The notes under the pieces are model-generated. The model was not told the DNA's origin. It saw only the letters and a list, made by a program, of their open reading frames with translations, and made no database searches. A program made the position numbers and the translations under genes. Of a stretch of DNA of 64,000 nucleotides, positions 36,812-48,412 are shown one piece after another. Location: positions 65,274 to 129,273 of the forward strand of contig DASRND010000038.1 of the NCBI GenBank assembly GCA_035647615.1, read 5' to 3'. Position 1 is the stretch's first letter, and the number at the start of each line of letters is the position of its first letter. This stretch comes from Bacteroidales bacterium (GTDB taxonomy: Bacteria; Bacteroidota; Bacteroidia; Bacteroidales; 4484-276).

Positions 36812-37591
36812 TTAATTTTTAGTTTTCAATGCTTGTTCGATGTAGTCGAAAGTCGAAAGTATTTCGGCTTTGCCGCGTCGCACCACCACGTCGTGTTCGA
36901 AGTGTGCTGATGGTGTTCCATCGTGGGTGCGTATTGTCCACCCGTCGCGCTGCTGAAACACTTTTTTGCCGCCCAGGTTAATCATTGGCTCAATGGCTAT
37001 CACCATTCCTTCGCGCAACTCTTTGCCTTTTCCGCGTCGGCCAAAATTGGGCACCTCGGGAGGCTCATGCAAATTCCGTCCTAAACCGTGACCAACCAAA
37101 TCGCGAACAACGCCATAACCAAAACCTTCAACATAGGTTTGTATTGCATAGCCAATGTCGCCAACACGGTTTCCGGCAACCGCAGCCTCTATTCCCAGGT
37201 ACAACGATTCGCGTGTACGCTGCAGCAAGAGCTGTATTTCTTCCGAAACTTCGCCTACCATAAAAGTGTAGGCAGAGTCGCCATGAAAACCATTGAGCAC
37301 CGCTCCACAATCTACCGAGATGATGTCGCCATCGCGCAAAGCGTAATCGCCGGGGATTCCATGTACCACTTCGTCGTTGACGCTGGTACAAAGTGTGGCC
37401 GGAAATCCTCCATAGCCTTTGAAACCCGGCACGGCACCATGATCGCGAATAAACGTCTCGGCCACCGCGTCAAGCTCGCGCGTAGTAACACCAGCACGCA
37501 CATGAAGCGCTACCTCAGCCAGTGTTTTTCCAACAAGTAATGAACTGATTCGTATTAATTCTATTTCTTCTTCTGTTTTAATCAAAGCCAT
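36812..37591 (-). CDS. map: type I methionine aminopeptidase
   Basis: VCHGIP-like motif (VVHGIPGDY), DISVD, GHGLG, and IEPMIN metal-ligand motifs. Confidence 0.95.
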   Translation of the reverse strand: MALIKTEEEIELIRISSLLVGKTLAEVALHVRAGVTTRELDAVAETFIRDHGAVPGFKGYGGFPATLCTSVNDEVVHGIPGDYALRDGDIISVDCGAVLNGFHGDSAYTFMVGEVSEEIQLLLQRTRESLYLGIEAAVAGNRVGDIGYAIQTYVEGFGYGVVRDLVGHGLGRNLHEPPEVPNFGRRGKGKELREGMVIAIEPMINLGGKKVFQQRDGWTIRTHDGTPSAHFEHDVVVRRGKAEILSTFDYIEQALKTKN

Positions 37592-37622
37592 TGTAGTATG
37601 CTTACGTCGGAGGAGTGCAAAA

Positions 37623-38987
37623 TTACATCCCCAATGATGAGCGTCCTTTTATACGTCCTGATTTTGTCAAACCATCGTAGTGGCGCATCAACAGATGACT
37701 TTCTATCTGCGAAAGCGTATCCAAAACAACACCTACCAAAATGAGTAGCGAAGTGCCTCCATAAAACTGGGCAAACTGCTGATTAACCCCAATGAGACTT
37801 ACAAACGCAGGCATGATGGCTACCAATCCCAAAAATAGTGAGCCGGGTAATGTAATGCGTGACATCACAGTGTCGATAAACTCGGCGGTACGTCTACCGG
37901 GTTTTACACCAGGGATGAAGCCTCCGTTCTTTTTCATATCATCAGCCATCTGATTTGGATTTACGGTGATAGCTGTATAAAAATAGGTGAAAAGAACGAT
38001 CATCAGGAAAAAGACAAAGTTGTACCAAAATCCGTTCATGTTGGTAAATGCTGCCAGAACCCCTGACAAAGCCTCCGACTGAGCATAGTTGGCGAGGGTA
38101 AGCGGCAGAAACATAATTGCTTGTGCAAAAATGATGGGCATAACGCCTGCAGCATTCACCTTGAGAGGAATGTACTGACGCACGCCGCCGTACTGACGGT
38201 TGCCGACCATGCGCTTGGCATACTGCACAGGAATACGACGTGTACCCTGAATGAGTAGGATGGTAAGCAAAATGACGCCGACCAGAATAATAAGCTCGAT
38301 GATAAATACTACCAAACCACCGCCTTGTTCTTCCATGCGCGAGATAAACTCACCAAAAAGTGCAAAGGGCAAGCGGGCGATAATACCAATCATAATGATC
38401 AATGAGATACCGTTGCCGATGCCCTGGTCGGTAATTTTCTCGCCAAGCCACATAACGAACATCGATCCGGCGGTAAGCATGATGATGGATGATATTCCAA
38501 AGAACGAGAAAATAGTGTGCGAAGTAATCGATGGATCGAACGGGTAGATGGCTTCGCCAGGCAACGAACTAACGATATTGGCGATGTAGGCAGGCGATTG
38601 GAAAATCAGGATGATCACCGTAAGATAACGAGTGATCTGGTTGATTTTTTTCCGACCGCTTTCACCTTCACGCTGCAACTTCTGGAAATAAGGAATTGCC
38701 ATTCCAAGCAGCTGCACCACGATGGATGCCGAGATGTAGGGCATAATACCGAGTGCAAAGATGGAGGCGTTGGCAAAAGCTCCGCCGGAGAACATATTAA
38801 GCAGCCCCAGCAGCCCACTTGAAGTTTGCTGATGTAAAGCGCCCAACATGGACGGGTCAACACCAGGTAATACCACAAACGAACCAAATCGATAAAGCAG
38901 GATGATACCCAGAGTGAAACCTATTCTGTTTCTTAGGTCTTCAATCTTGAAGATGTTGCGTATGGTTTCGATTAATTTTTTCATCAA
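37623..38987 (-). CDS. secY: preprotein translocase subunit SecY
   Basis: 10-TM SecY with GIMPYISASIVVQLL and GIGNGISLII. Confidence 0.97.
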   Translation of the reverse strand: MMKKLIETIRNIFKIEDLRNRIGFTLGIILLYRFGSFVVLPGVDPSMLGALHQQTSSGLLGLLNMFSGGAFANASIFALGIMPYISASIVVQLLGMAIPYFQKLQREGESGRKKINQITRYLTVIILIFQSPAYIANIVSSLPGEAIYPFDPSITSHTIFSFFGISSIIMLTAGSMFVMWLGEKITDQGIGNGISLIIMIGIIARLPFALFGEFISRMEEQGGGLVVFIIELIILVGVILLTILLIQGTRRIPVQYAKRMVGNRQYGGVRQYIPLKVNAAGVMPIIFAQAIMFLPLTLANYAQSEALSGVLAAFTNMNGFWYNFVFFLMIVLFTYFYTAITVNPNQMADDMKKNGGFIPGVKPGRRTAEFIDTVMSRITLPGSLFLGLVAIMPAFVSLIGVNQQFAQFYGGTSLLILVGVVLDTLSQIESHLLMRHYDGLTKSGRIKGRSSLGM

Positions 38988-38990
38988 AAA

Positions 38991-39437
38991 TTAGATTTTT
39001 GTAGCAACGCCACCTTTTTCTTCGATAGCCTGTATTGCTGATTTTGAAAATGCATGTGCGGTGACTTCTATTTTGGCTTCGAGCGTTCCACGACCCAAAA
39101 TCTTTATCAGGTCGCGTTTTTGCGCTAAGCCATGAGTGATGAGCACATCGATATCAAAAACTGTAATATTGTTTTCGTCGGCCAACATCTGAAGTTTATC
39201 CACATTGATACCACGATATTCTACGCGGTTAATATTTTTGAAACCACCTTTGGGAACACGGCGGTACAATGGCATCTGTCCACCTTCAAAGCCGGCTTTT
39301 GATTTATAGCCTGATCTTGATTGGGCGCCTTTGTGGCCTCTTGTGGAGGTACCTCCTCTTCCGGAACCTTGTCCGCGGCCGATTCGTTTTCTGTTGCTAG
39401 TTGAACCTTCTGCCGGTTTTAAATTACTTAAATCCAT
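38991..39437 (-). CDS. rplO: 50S ribosomal protein uL15
   Basis: [35 protein letters not shown]. Confidence 0.97.
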   Translation of the reverse strand: MDLSNLKPAEGSTSNRKRIGRGQGSGRGGTSTRGHKGAQSRSGYKSKAGFEGGQMPLYRRVPKGGFKNINRVEYRGINVDKLQMLADENNITVFDIDVLITHGLAQKRDLIKILGRGTLEAKIEVTAHAFSKSAIQAIEEKGGVATKI

Positions 39438-39461
39438 TGTACGTGTATGGGTTAAGATTGT

Positions 39462-39641
39462 TTATAATTCTACGATTTCCAATAAATGCTTCACTTTGTT
39501 GATCATTCCCATGATCTGTGGAGTAGCGTCATGTTCAACGGTGCGATGCATTTTGTTTAGGCCCAGGGCCTGTAGTGTGCGTTTCTGATCGATCGGGCGG
39601 TTTATTCCGCTGCGTATCTGTTTGATTTTTATCTTACTCAT
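39462..39641 (-). CDS. rpmD: 50S ribosomal protein uL30 (59 aa; below the ORF-track size cutoff)
   Basis: Hand translation gives MSKIKIKQIRSGINRPIDQKRTLQALGLNKMHRTVEHDATPQIMGMINKVKHLLEIVEL*. It sits in the expected slot between rpsE and rplO. Confidence 0.93.
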   Translation of the reverse strand: MSKIKIKQIRSGINRPIDQKRTLQALGLNKMHRTVEHDATPQIMGMINKVKHLLEIVEL

Positions 39642-39662
39642 TGCTGTAATAATTTTTCGGAT

Positions 39663-40181
39663 TTAACCATTAAATACTTTATCGAGCGAAATGCCTCTCA
39701 TCTGTGCTATGGTGTATGGGTCACGAATCAGGAGCAGTGCGTTGATGGTAGCTTTTACTACGCTGTGCGGGTTGGAAGAGCCTTTGCTCTTGGCCAGCAC
39801 ATCTCTGATGCCAACACTCTCGAATACGGCACGCATGGCACCACCAGCGATAACACCGGTACCAGGAGCAGCAGGCTTCATAAAGACTTCGGCTCCGCTG
39901 AATTTTCCGGTAACTTCGTGTGGAATTGTGCCATGGAGAATAGGAGCTTTGATCAGGTTTTTCTTGGCATCATCGATACCTTTGGCAATAGCCGAGGTAA
40001 TCTCTTTTGCTTTTCCCAAACCATATCCTACTACACCATTTTCATTGCCCACCACTACGATAGCCGAGAAACTGAAGGTACGTCCACCTTTTGTAACTTT
40101 GGTTACACGCTGAATGCTGACAAGCTTATCTTTAAATTCGATCTCGCTCGATTTAACTCTTTGTACGTTTACGTTTGTCAT
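39663..40181 (-). CDS. rpsE: 30S ribosomal protein uS5
   Basis: [40 protein letters not shown]. Confidence 0.97.
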   Translation of the reverse strand: MTNVNVQRVKSSEIEFKDKLVSIQRVTKVTKGGRTFSFSAIVVVGNENGVVGYGLGKAKEITSAIAKGIDDAKKNLIKAPILHGTIPHEVTGKFSGAEVFMKPAAPGTGVIAGGAMRAVFESVGIRDVLAKSKGSSNPHSVVKATINALLLIRDPYTIAQMRGISLDKVFNG

Positions 40182-40187
40182 AATAGC

Positions 40188-40556
40188 TTAAAATTTAAGA
40201 CCACCTTTTCTTACTGCTTCGGCCAAAGCTTTAATGCGTCCGTGATAGAGATATCCGTTGCGATCGAACACGACGGTATCAATACCAGCATCCTGGGCTT
40301 TTTTGGCCATCAGATTACCCACTTTTTGCGCCTGCTCTATCTTGTTGGCTTTGCTTTCTTCGCCAGCAACATCTTTGCTTAGGGAAGAAGCAGCAGCAAG
40401 AGTGCGACCATTGATGTCGTCGATAAGCTGGGCATAAATTTCTTTATTGCTTCTGAATACCGACAGACGAGGACGTTCGGCAGTACCGGAAATGGTCTTT
40501 CTGATACGTTGTTTGATCCGAAACCTTCTGTGTTGTTTTTTACTTTTTATTGCCAT
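40188..40556 (-). CDS. rplR: 50S ribosomal protein uL18
   Basis: [20 protein letters not shown]...[26 protein letters not shown]. Confidence 0.97.
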   Translation of the reverse strand: MAIKSKKQHRRFRIKQRIRKTISGTAERPRLSVFRSNKEIYAQLIDDINGRTLAAASSLSKDVAGEESKANKIEQAQKVGNLMAKKAQDAGIDTVVFDRNGYLYHGRIKALAEAVRKGGLKF

Positions 40557-40599
40557 TTCTCAATGGATTTTTATCTGATTTACAATAATATTGTGACTA

Positions 40600-41154
40600 T
40601 TAACCTGCAGCAGCTTTACCAGCTTTGCGTTTGATTTCTTCGCCCACAAATTTGACACCTTTACCTTTGTAAGGCTCTGGCTTGCGCAGCGAACGTATTT
40701 TGGCAGCTATCTGACCAACGAGTTGTTTGTCAGAGGATGTCAATGTTATGGTAGGGTTTTTACCACGTTCGGTAAGAGTTTCAACCTTAATTTCGTCAGG
40801 CAACACAAGCACGAAATTGTGCGAGTATCCGAGAGCGAGTTCGAGCTGCTGTCCGTTAGCCTGTGCTTTGAAGCCCACGCCCACGAGTTCCTGCTTTATG
40901 GTGAAACCTTCAGTAACGCCTTGTACCATATTAGCCAGGAGCGCACGGTAGAGACCATGAAGGGCTTTGTGACGCTTTTGCTCGGTAGGACGCTGCAGAA
41001 CGATGTTTCCGTCTTCAACACCGACGATAATGTCGGGATCTACTTTTTGATGTAGCGTGCCCAACTTACCGCTAACGGTAACCAGGTTGTTGTCGGTGAT
41101 TTCCACCTTAACACCTTCGGGCAACGCAATGGGTGATTTTCCTATTCTTGACAT
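40600..41154 (-). CDS. rplF: 50S ribosomal protein uL6
   Basis: MSRIGKSPIALPEGVKV...EPYKGKGVKFVGE. Confidence 0.97.
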   Translation of the reverse strand: MSRIGKSPIALPEGVKVEITDNNLVTVSGKLGTLHQKVDPDIIVGVEDGNIVLQRPTEQKRHKALHGLYRALLANMVQGVTEGFTIKQELVGVGFKAQANGQQLELALGYSHNFVLVLPDEIKVETLTERGKNPTITLTSSDKQLVGQIAAKIRSLRKPEPYKGKGVKFVGEEIKRKAGKAAAG

Positions 41155-41167
41155 GATAATGTTCTTT

Positions 41168-41566
41168 TTAGCTGATGTAACAAACTACTTCTCCGCCAAC
41201 ATTCTGTGTGCGGGCTTCTTTGTCGGTCATCAGGCCCTTGGAGGTGCTGATGACAGCAATGCCCAGGCCGTTGAGAACGCGCGGCAGCTCTTCGTGGCTG
41301 ACGTAGCGGCGCAAACCAGGCGTACTGGCACGACGCAGCTCGGTGATAGCCGAAAGCTTGGTTACCGGATGATATTTCAAAGCTATCTTAATGATAGCCG
41401 GGAAAACATCGTCTACGAATTTGTAATTTAGGATGTATCCTTTTTCGTAGAGGATCTTGGTAAGTTCCTTCTTAAATTTTGATGCCGGAATCTCCACCAC
41501 ACGATGGTTGGCCATTATGCCGTTGCGAATTCGGGTGAGATAATCTGAAATAGGGTCAGTAACCAT
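41168..41566 (-). CDS. rpsH: 30S ribosomal protein uS8
   Basis: [18 protein letters not shown]...[12 protein letters not shown]. Confidence 0.97.
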   Translation of the reverse strand: MVTDPISDYLTRIRNGIMANHRVVEIPASKFKKELTKILYEKGYILNYKFVDDVFPAIIKIALKYHPVTKLSAITELRRASTPGLRRYVSHEELPRVLNGLGIAVISTSKGLMTDKEARTQNVGGEVVCYIS

Positions 41567-41602
41567 ATCTTGCAGGATTGTTTATTATTCTTAATTCTTA
41601 TT

Positions 41603-41872
41603 TTACCAACTAGCTTTTTTCACGCCGGGGATCAAACCTTTGAGTGCCATCTCGCGGAAGTTGATACGCGATACGCCAAACATCCTCATGTATCCTTTGG
41701 GGCGTCCGGTGAGTTGGCAACGATTGTGCAAACGCACAGGCGATGAATTTTTGGGCAGTTTTTGAAGGCCGATATAATCACCAGCTTCTTTGAGTGCCGC
41801 ACGCTTTGCAGCGTATTTGTCAACGAGTTCTTTTCGTTTGACTTCTCTTGCTTTCATTGACTCTTTAGCCAT
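41603..41872 (-). CDS. rpsN: 30S ribosomal protein uS14 (long, non-zinc type, 89 aa)
   Basis: [13 protein letters not shown]...[39 protein letters not shown]. The start is set at the ATG at 41872, an 8-nt overlap with the rplE stop. The track ORF adds 13 spurious codons. Confidence 0.93.
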   Translation of the reverse strand: MAKESMKAREVKRKELVDKYAAKRAALKEAGDYIGLQKLPKNSSPVRLHNRCQLTGRPKGYMRMFGVSRINFREMALKGLIPGVKKASW

Positions 41873-42437
41873 AAACCACGTCAGTTTTTTGATTTTTAAA
41901 TGGAATGCCAAATGCTTTGAGCAGCTCCAGTGCTTCTTTGTCGGTGGTGGCAGTGGTTACAAAAGTAATGTCCATGCCATTGATCTTGGTCACCTTGTCC
42001 ATAACGATTTCCGGGAAGATGATCTGCTCGGTGATGCCCAGGGTATAGTTGCCACGGCCATCGAAGCCTTTGTCGTTCACACCGCGGAAGTCGCGGATAC
42101 GAGGGATAGCTACCGAGATGAGTCTGTCCAGAAATTCATACATCTGATTCTGCCGCAGGGTAACGCGCACACCAATGGGCATGCCTTTACGCAGCTTAAA
42201 GTTGGAGATGTCTTTCTTGCTCTTGGTAGGCACAGCTTTCTGCCCGGTAATCATACTGATCTCGCTAATGCCCGAGTCGATAAGTTTCTTGTCGGCAATT
42301 GCGTCACCGATGCCCTGGTTGATAGCAATTTTTATCAAACGTGGCACCTGCATAGGGCTTTTATAGTCGAACTTCTTGTTAAGTTCGGGGTGTATTTCTT
42401 CGAAATACTTTTTCTTAAGTCTTGGAATGTAACTCAT
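41865..42437 (-). CDS. rplE: 50S ribosomal protein uL5
   Basis: [11 protein letters not shown]...[27 protein letters not shown]. Confidence 0.97.
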   Translation of the reverse strand: MSYIPRLKKKYFEEIHPELNKKFDYKSPMQVPRLIKIAINQGIGDAIADKKLIDSGISEISMITGQKAVPTKSKKDISNFKLRKGMPIGVRVTLRQNQMYEFLDRLISVAIPRIRDFRGVNDKGFDGRGNYTLGITEQIIFPEIVMDKVTKINGMDITFVTTATTDKEALELLKAFGIPFKNQKTDVVYG

Positions 42438-42763
42438 TATTTAATTACCTCCCCTGATTTTTTTGAATAGCGGACATTTTTACCTGTTTTTTCATCTGTT
42501 TTGCGACCTACGCGGGTAGGTTTTCCGGAGCCATCAATTACCTTAAGGTTGGAGATGTGGATAGGGGATTCTTTCTTCACGATACCACCTTGCGGATTCT
42601 GAGCATCAGGTTTTGCATGTTTTGTAACCATGTTCACCCCTTCTACGATGGCGGTTTTCTTTTTGTGATCCACCACCAGCACCTTGCCTTGCTGCCCCTT
42701 GGAGTCGCCGGTGATAATCATCACATTATCACCTTTTTTTATATGCAATTTATAGTTATCCAT
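42437..42763 (-). CDS. rplX: 50S ribosomal protein uL24
   Basis: [25 protein letters not shown] (KOW motif). Confidence 0.97.
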   Translation of the reverse strand: MDNYKLHIKKGDNVMIITGDSKGQQGKVLVVDHKKKTAIVEGVNMVTKHAKPDAQNPQGGIVKKESPIHISNLKVIDGSGKPTRVGRKTDEKTGKNVRYSKKSGEVIK

Positions 42764-42777
42764 TGTTCTGAGTTTTA

Positions 42778-43146
42778 TTAAAGTACCTCTGGTGCCAGAG
42801 AAACAATTTTCATGTACTGTTTTTCTCTAAGCTCACGTGCTACCGGCCCAAAGATACGGGTTCCAATCATTTCGCCAGTAGCGTTGAGTAGTACCACAGC
42901 ATTGTCGTCGAAGCGGATGTAGCTTCCGTCGGTGCGGCGTGTTTCTTTTTTGGTGCGTACTACCACCGCTTTGGTTACCGTACCTTTTTTGATGTTTCCC
43001 GAGGGAATCGCATGCTTTACGGTACAAACGATGATGTCGCCGATGGTTGCATAGCGCTTGCGGGTACCCCCCAGCACACTGATGCAAAGCACCTCTTTGG
43101 CGCCGCTGTTATCAGCAACCAATAGTCTGGATTCTTTCTGTATCAT
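42778..43146 (-). CDS. rplN: 50S ribosomal protein uL14
   Basis: [22 protein letters not shown]...[10 protein letters not shown]. Confidence 0.97.
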   Translation of the reverse strand: MIQKESRLLVADNSGAKEVLCISVLGGTRKRYATIGDIIVCTVKHAIPSGNIKKGTVTKAVVVRTKKETRRTDGSYIRFDDNAVVLLNATGEMIGTRIFGPVARELREKQYMKIVSLAPEVL

Positions 43147-43148
43147 GA

Positions 43149-43415
43149 TTACTTAGCTCTTTCGATGATTTCCACTAATCTCCAACATTTATTTTTGCTC
43201 AATGGCTTGGTTTCCATGATGCGCACTCTGTCGCCGATTTTGCATTCGTTGTTCTCGTCGTGAGCCGAAAACCGGGTAGTTTTCTTAACGAACTTTTTGT
43301 ACATGGGATGTTTTACCCTTCGCTCGACCTGCACCGTGATAGACTTGTCCATCTTGTCACTTGTAACCAGGCCTGTACGCTCTTTCCTTAACGGTCTTGT
43401 TATTTTGGCTTCCAT
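43149..43415 (-). CDS. rpsQ: 30S ribosomal protein uS17
   Basis: [34 protein letters not shown]. Confidence 0.97.
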   Translation of the reverse strand: MEAKITRPLRKERTGLVTSDKMDKSITVQVERRVKHPMYKKFVKKTTRFSAHDENNECKIGDRVRIMETKPLSKNKCWRLVEIIERAK

Positions 43416-43430
43416 TGTTATGCAATCTGA

Positions 43431-43631
43431 TTATAATTTACCTTGAAGTTTTCTTTTGCGGATCTCTGTTTTGAGCCGTGCAATGGTGCGGCGATAGTCC
43501 ACAATTTTATTCGGATTTTCCAGAGGACTTACCGCATGGTTAAGCTTGAGGCGCGTAAGTTGTTTTTCCTCCCCTTCGAGCCGTTCGATCAAATCGTCGT
43601 TAGCTAGTTCTATTATTACATTCTGTTTCAT
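43431..43631 (-). CDS. rpmC: 50S ribosomal protein uL29
   Basis: Size, LNHAVSPLENPNKI..RRTIARLKTE, and position between rplP and rpsQ. Confidence 0.93.
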   Translation of the reverse strand: MKQNVIIELANDDLIERLEGEEKQLTRLKLNHAVSPLENPNKIVDYRRTIARLKTEIRKRKLQGKL

Positions 43632-43643
43632 AGTTCCGAAATA

Positions 43644-44063
43644 TTATTCTGAGTAATCTCTTCTTACAACAAACTTGGTAGTAACGGGCAGTTTTTGTGC
43701 TGCAAGCCGCAAAGCTTCTTTGGCTACTTCCATGGGCACCCCGTCGGCTTCGAAGAGCATGCGACCAGGTGTAACGCGTGCCACGAAATATTCGGGAGCA
43801 CCTTTACCTTTGCCCATACGAACCTCAGCAGGTTTCTTGGTCACGGGTTTATCTGGAAATATCATGATCCAGATCTGTCCTTCACGTTTCATGTGACGTG
43901 TTACTGCCTGACGTGCAGCTTCTATCTGTCGTCCTGTTATCCAGGTCTCCTCTAACGATTTGATACCGAAGGAGCCGAAAGCAAGCTGGGTACCACGGTG
44001 GGCATTGCCTTTCATTTTGCCTTTCTGCTGCTTTCTGAATTTGGTTTTCCTTGGCTGTAACAT
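43644..44063 (-). CDS. rplP: 50S ribosomal protein uL16
   Basis: [19 protein letters not shown]...[14 protein letters not shown]. Confidence 0.97.
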   Translation of the reverse strand: MLQPRKTKFRKQQKGKMKGNAHRGTQLAFGSFGIKSLEETWITGRQIEAARQAVTRHMKREGQIWIMIFPDKPVTKKPAEVRMGKGKGAPEYFVARVTPGRMLFEADGVPMEVAKEALRLAAQKLPVTTKFVVRRDYSE

Positions 44064-44104
44064 TGTTTTATATAATTAAAAAAAATGAATACTCTTTGTG
44101 ATTA

Positions 44105-44845
44105 TTAGTCTCTACGCTGGCGTGGCGGACGAGGAGCACGGGGGCCACGAGGGCGTTTTCCGCCAGGGCCTTGCTGCTGCTTGCTGTCGCCGGGTGTAGT
44201 CATTGGAACCAGCTCAGGGTTGCCAAACACTTCACCTTTGCAAATCCAAACTTTTATACCAATACGTCCGTAGGTAGTGTGTGCTTCGGCATGAGCATAG
44301 TCGATGTCAGCGCGCAGAGTGTGCAATGGCGTACGGCCTTCTTTGTACATTTCGTTGCGAGCCATCTCCGCTCCACCAAGTCGGCCTGATATCAACACTT
44401 TGATACCTTCGGCACCAATGCGCATGGTACTGGCCACCGAGGTTTTTATGGCACGACGAAAAGAGATACGACCTTCAATCTGACGGGCAATTCCGTTGGC
44501 TACCAACACAGCATCAAGCTCGGGGCGCTTTATTTCGCTGATGTTGATCTGAATCTCTTTGCCTGTGAGTTTTTTGAGCTCCTCTTTCAACCGATCCACT
44601 TCCTGTCCGCCTTTTCCGATGATGATACCCGGCCGTGCGGTGTAAATGGTAACCGTGACAAGCTTAAGTGTACGCTCTATGTATATCTTTGAGATACCGG
44701 CTTTGGAGAGGCGGGCATTGAGGTATTTACGAATTTGATCGTCCTCCACCAGCTTGGCGCCAAAACTTTTGCCACCGTACCAGTTCGAATCCCATCCTTT
44801 GATGATTCCTAACCTAAGACCTATTGGATTAGTTTTCTGTCCCAT
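44105..44845 (-). CDS. rpsC: 30S ribosomal protein uS3
   Basis: [14 protein letters not shown], a KH domain, and a basic Pro/Arg-rich C-terminus. Confidence 0.97.
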   Translation of the reverse strand: MGQKTNPIGLRLGIIKGWDSNWYGGKSFGAKLVEDDQIRKYLNARLSKAGISKIYIERTLKLVTVTIYTARPGIIIGKGGQEVDRLKEELKKLTGKEIQINISEIKRPELDAVLVANGIARQIEGRISFRRAIKTSVASTMRIGAEGIKVLISGRLGGAEMARNEMYKEGRTPLHTLRADIDYAHAEAHTTYGRIGIKVWICKGEVFGNPELVPMTTPGDSKQQQGPGGKRPRGPRAPRPPRQRRD

Positions 44846-44878
44846 TAATTATTTTGATATAAATTATTAATATCTATT

Positions 44879-45298
44879 TTATTCCTGCGTATCTGCCAAT
44901 TGAACCTGACGGCTATCCACCACAACAGTAACGTGATTAGAGCGTTTGCGGATGCGGTGAGCTCTGCCTTGCGGGGCAGGGCGAATGCGCTTGAGCTGTC
45001 GTGCGCTGTCCACCATTACCGATTTAATGTACAGATTGCTGTCTTCCAATCTTACTCCCTCATTTTTCTCCTGCCAGTTGTTGATGGCTGAAACTATGAG
45101 TTTGTAGAGACGATCAGCAGCGTGATTAGGCTTGAACTTAAGCATATTCAAAGCCATTTCCACGCCTTGACCTCTTACCAGGTCCGCCATCAGCCGCATC
45201 TTACGTGGCGATGTAGGGCAATTGTTAAGCTTGGCGACATAAAGTGTCTTTTTAGCTTCTTTGCGTGCTTGCGCAGTGTTATGTTTTCGTGCTCCCAT
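44879..45298 (-). CDS. rplV: 50S ribosomal protein uL22
   Basis: SPRKMRLMADLVRG...PAPQGRAHRIRKRSNHVTVVV. Confidence 0.97.
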   Translation of the reverse strand: MGARKHNTAQARKEAKKTLYVAKLNNCPTSPRKMRLMADLVRGQGVEMALNMLKFKPNHAADRLYKLIVSAINNWQEKNEGVRLEDSNLYIKSVMVDSARQLKRIRPAPQGRAHRIRKRSNHVTVVVDSRQVQLADTQE

Positions 45299-45317
45299 GA
45301 TAGTTTATCTCCCTTTT

Positions 45318-45587
45318 TTATCTTTTCTTGCTACCGGCATGACCTCTGAACTGACGTGTAGGTGCAAATTCTCCTAACTTGTGACCTACCATATTTTCGG
45401 TTACATACACCGGAATGAATTTGTTTCCATTGTGCACAGCAACAGTAAGTCCGACAAAATCGGGTGAAATGATAGAGGCTCTCGACCAGGTTTTTATCAC
45501 TGATTTTCTTTTGGCTGCCTGACTTTCAAGCACCTTTTTTTCGAGCTTGAAGTAAATGTATGGACCTTTTTTAAGCGAACGACTCAT
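45318..45587 (-). CDS. rpsS: 30S ribosomal protein uS19
   Basis: [10 protein letters not shown]...[27 protein letters not shown]. Confidence 0.97.
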   Translation of the reverse strand: MSRSLKKGPYIYFKLEKKVLESQAAKRKSVIKTWSRASIISPDFVGLTVAVHNGNKFIPVYVTENMVGHKLGEFAPTRQFRGHAGSKKR

Positions 45588-45613
45588 TGTATCAATAGTT
45601 TACTTGTTACTTG

Positions 45614-46438
45614 TTACTTCTTCCTTCTTTCGACAATGTACTTATTGGAGATTTTTTTCTTGCTGCGGGTTTTGAAACCTTTGGCGGGCATCCCATTACG
45701 TGATCTGGGCAAGCCACCTGAAGCGCGGCCTTCTCCACCACCCATTGGGTGATCTACCGGATTCATTACAACACCACGAGTACGGGGGCGACGACCCATC
45801 CAACGGGTACGACCAGCTTTACCTGATATCTCCAGGCTATGGTCGGTATTGCTCACCATGCCGATGGTAGCTTTGCAAGTCTGCAACAGCATACGAGTTT
45901 CGCCTGAAGGCAACTTTATGACGGCGAATTTTCCGTCGCGCGACATAAGCTGTGCATACGAACCTGCGCTGCGGGCCATTTTGGCTCCCTGGCCAGGACG
46001 CAACTCTATGTTGTGAATCACAGTACCAAAAGGAATTTCACTAAGGAAGAGTGTGTTGCCAACATCAGGTGATACACCTTTTCCCGACTCAATTTTCTGG
46101 CCTACTTTGATGCCATTGGGGGCAATGATGTAGCGTTTCTCGCCATCTTCGTATTTTACCAGCGCAATGCGTGCACTACGGTTGGGGTCGTATTCTACGG
46201 TTTGTATCTCTGCAGCCACGCCGTCTTTATCTCTTCTAAAATCGATGCGACGATACTTCTGCTTGTGACCACCGCCCAGATACCGCATGGTCATTTTTCC
46301 AGTGTTGTTCCTACCACCCGACCTTTTCTGGGGTTCCAGCAAACTCTTTTCTGGTTTATCGGTAGTGATCTCATCAAACGCACTAATAAGCTTAAAGCGC
46401 TGACTGGATGTCGTTGGTTTGTATTTTTTTAAAGCCAT
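45614..46438 (-). CDS. rplB: 50S ribosomal protein uL2
   Basis: GGGHKQKYR...[15 protein letters not shown]. Confidence 0.97.
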   Translation of the reverse strand: MALKKYKPTTSSQRFKLISAFDEITTDKPEKSLLEPQKRSGGRNNTGKMTMRYLGGGHKQKYRRIDFRRDKDGVAAEIQTVEYDPNRSARIALVKYEDGEKRYIIAPNGIKVGQKIESGKGVSPDVGNTLFLSEIPFGTVIHNIELRPGQGAKMARSAGSYAQLMSRDGKFAVIKLPSGETRMLLQTCKATIGMVSNTDHSLEISGKAGRTRWMGRRPRTRGVVMNPVDHPMGGGEGRASGGLPRSRNGMPAKGFKTRSKKKISNKYIVERRKK

Positions 46439-46443
46439 TTATC

Positions 46444-46734
46444 TTAAATATTGCTGTAAAAATCAATAGTTTCACCTTTGGCCAATGTAATGATGGCCTT
46501 CTTTGTTGCCCTGGTTCTTCCGCTAATGAGACCGGTTTTGGTATAACGCGATTTGAGTTTACCTGCATTGTTCATGGTGTTAACACTTTCGACCTCTACA
46601 CCGTACAGGCTCTCAACAGCTTGCTTAATCTGAACTTTATTGGCTTCCTTGCGAACGATAAAGCCATACCGGTTGAGCTTTTCGCCCAGTTCAGTCATCT
46701 TTTCGGTAATGATCGGCTTAATAATAATATTCAT
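46444..46734 (-). CDS. rplW: 50S ribosomal protein uL23
   Basis: IIKPIITEKMT...KKAIITL, and conserved position. Confidence 0.95.
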   Translation of the reverse strand: MNIIIKPIITEKMTELGEKLNRYGFIVRKEANKVQIKQAVESLYGVEVESVNTMNNAGKLKSRYTKTGLISGRTRATKKAIITLAKGETIDFYSNI

Positions 46735-46767
46735 TTTACCTTACTGTTTTTATTCTATCAGATAGAA

Positions 46768-47397
46768 TTAGTTGTTAAACAATGCATAAATAGTGTCCAG
46801 CGAACTCTCAAGCATCAGAATCTGCTGTGCATGCAACAAGTCGTAAGTGTTGATGCTTGCTGAGTTTTGGTATTTCACATTTTTCAAATTGCGCGACGAG
46901 AGGTAAACATTTTCACGTGTCTCGGGGGTTAGCAACAGAACTTTTTTGCCTTCCAGCTCAAAGTTTTTCAGCAACTTGATAAAATCCTTTGTTCTGGGAG
47001 CATCAAAGTTGAAGTCTTCGAGGATGGTGATTTGGTTGTCACCAGCTTTGTAAGACAGTGCCGACTTGCGTGCCAGTTTTTTGAGTTTCTTGTTCAGTTT
47101 GAAACCATGCACGGCAGGTCTTGGGCCAAATACGCGACCACCACCTCTGAAGAGCGGGCTCTTGATAGAACCAGCGCGAGCAGTTCCTGTGCCTTTTTGC
47201 TTTTTCAGCTTGCGCGTACTTCCTGATATCTCGTTTCTTTCTTTACTCTTGTGCGTACCCTGGCGTTTGCGCGCCATGATCTGCTTCACATCGAGATAAA
47301 TCGCATGGTCGTTGGGCTCGATACCAAAAATGGCATCGTCGAGAGCTACACTGCGATCGGTAACCTCTCCTGTAATTTTATAAACTTTTAGCTCCAT
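46768..47397 (-). CDS. rplD: 50S ribosomal protein uL4
   Basis: [30 protein letters not shown]. Confidence 0.97.
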   Translation of the reverse strand: MELKVYKITGEVTDRSVALDDAIFGIEPNDHAIYLDVKQIMARKRQGTHKSKERNEISGSTRKLKKQKGTGTARAGSIKSPLFRGGGRVFGPRPAVHGFKLNKKLKKLARKSALSYKAGDNQITILEDFNFDAPRTKDFIKLLKNFELEGKKVLLLTPETRENVYLSSRNLKNVKYQNSASINTYDLLHAQQILMLESSLDTIYALFNN

Positions 47398-48017
47398 CTT
47401 TCCACTATTACATATGATCCGTTGGCTCCTGGTACAGAACCTTTCACGAGAATGAGATTATTTTCTTTGTCGATTTTGATCACCTGCAGGTTGATCATCT
47501 TAGCGTGGGTGTTACCCATTTGGCCGGCCATACGCATACCTTTAAATACGCGTGAGGGCCACGATGAAGCACCTATCGAACCCGGGGCACGTAAACGATT
47601 GTGCTGACCGTGCGTTTGGCCACCCGAACCAGCAAATCCATGGCGTCGAACAACACCTTGAAAACCTTTACCTTTGGTAATTCCTGCTACGTCGATGTAT
47701 TCGCCTTCGATAAAGATGCTGGCATCCAAGGTTTCACCAACTTTCTTCTGGTGTCCGGGCTCAAAACGCGTAAATTCTCTAACGATCTTCTTGGGCGAAA
47801 CTCCTGCTTTGGCAAAATGCCCTTTGAGCGCCTTGGTGGTATGCTTATCTTTCTTTTCGTCAAAAGCAACCTGTATAGCCTCATAGCCGTCAGTTTTCTT
47901 GGTCTTGATTTGCGTAACCACGCAGGGACCGGCTTCGATAACCGTTACCGGTATATTTTTTCCCGACTCATCAAAAACGGCGGTCATTCCTATCTTTCTT
48001 CCTATTATTCCAGACAT
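47388..48017 (-). CDS. rplC: 50S ribosomal protein uL3
   Basis: [10 protein letters not shown]...[15 protein letters not shown]. Its stop overlaps the rplD start by 10 nt. Confidence 0.97.
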   Translation of the reverse strand: MSGIIGRKIGMTAVFDESGKNIPVTVIEAGPCVVTQIKTKKTDGYEAIQVAFDEKKDKHTTKALKGHFAKAGVSPKKIVREFTRFEPGHQKKVGETLDASIFIEGEYIDVAGITKGKGFQGVVRRHGFAGSGGQTHGQHNRLRAPGSIGASSWPSRVFKGMRMAGQMGNTHAKMINLQVIKIDKENNLILVKGSVPGANGSYVIVERWS

Positions 48018-48076
48018 TATTTACTAATGTTTAATTTTTTCGAAACTCTTTTATTATCATCCAGCTTAACCAATCA

Positions 48077-48382
48077 TCATACTTTGATCTCCACTTCTAC
48101 TCCACTGGGCAGCTCAAGCTTCATCAATGCGTCGATAGTTTTGGTAGTTGAACTGTAGATATCGAGCAGTCGCTTGTACGAAGACAATTCGAATTGCTCT
48201 CTGGATTTTTTGTTCACAAAAGTGGAACGGTTCACCGTGAATATCTTTTTATTCGTTGGCAATGGGATCGGGCCACTTACTACAGCTCCTGTGCTCTTTA
48301 CAGTTTTTACAATCTTCTCGGCTGAATTGTCAACCAGGTTATGATCGTATGATTTAAGCTTTATTCTAATCCTTTGACTCAC
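48077..48382 (-). CDS. rpsJ: 30S ribosomal protein uS10
   Basis: [16 protein letters not shown]...GPIPLPT...RLLDI. Confidence 0.97.
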   Translation of the reverse strand: MSQRIRIKLKSYDHNLVDNSAEKIVKTVKSTGAVVSGPIPLPTNKKIFTVNRSTFVNKKSREQFELSSYKRLLDIYSSTTKTIDALMKLELPSGVEVEIKV

Positions 48383-48412
48383 CTTGATTATGTTTTAGTG
48401 TTTATTGGAACT

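Noticed and set aside
48383-48412. Absence of tuf between fusA and rpsJ, and absence of adk between secY and map.
   Set aside because: This gene order is, to my knowledge, the normal arrangement in Bacteroidota, so it is not an anomaly.
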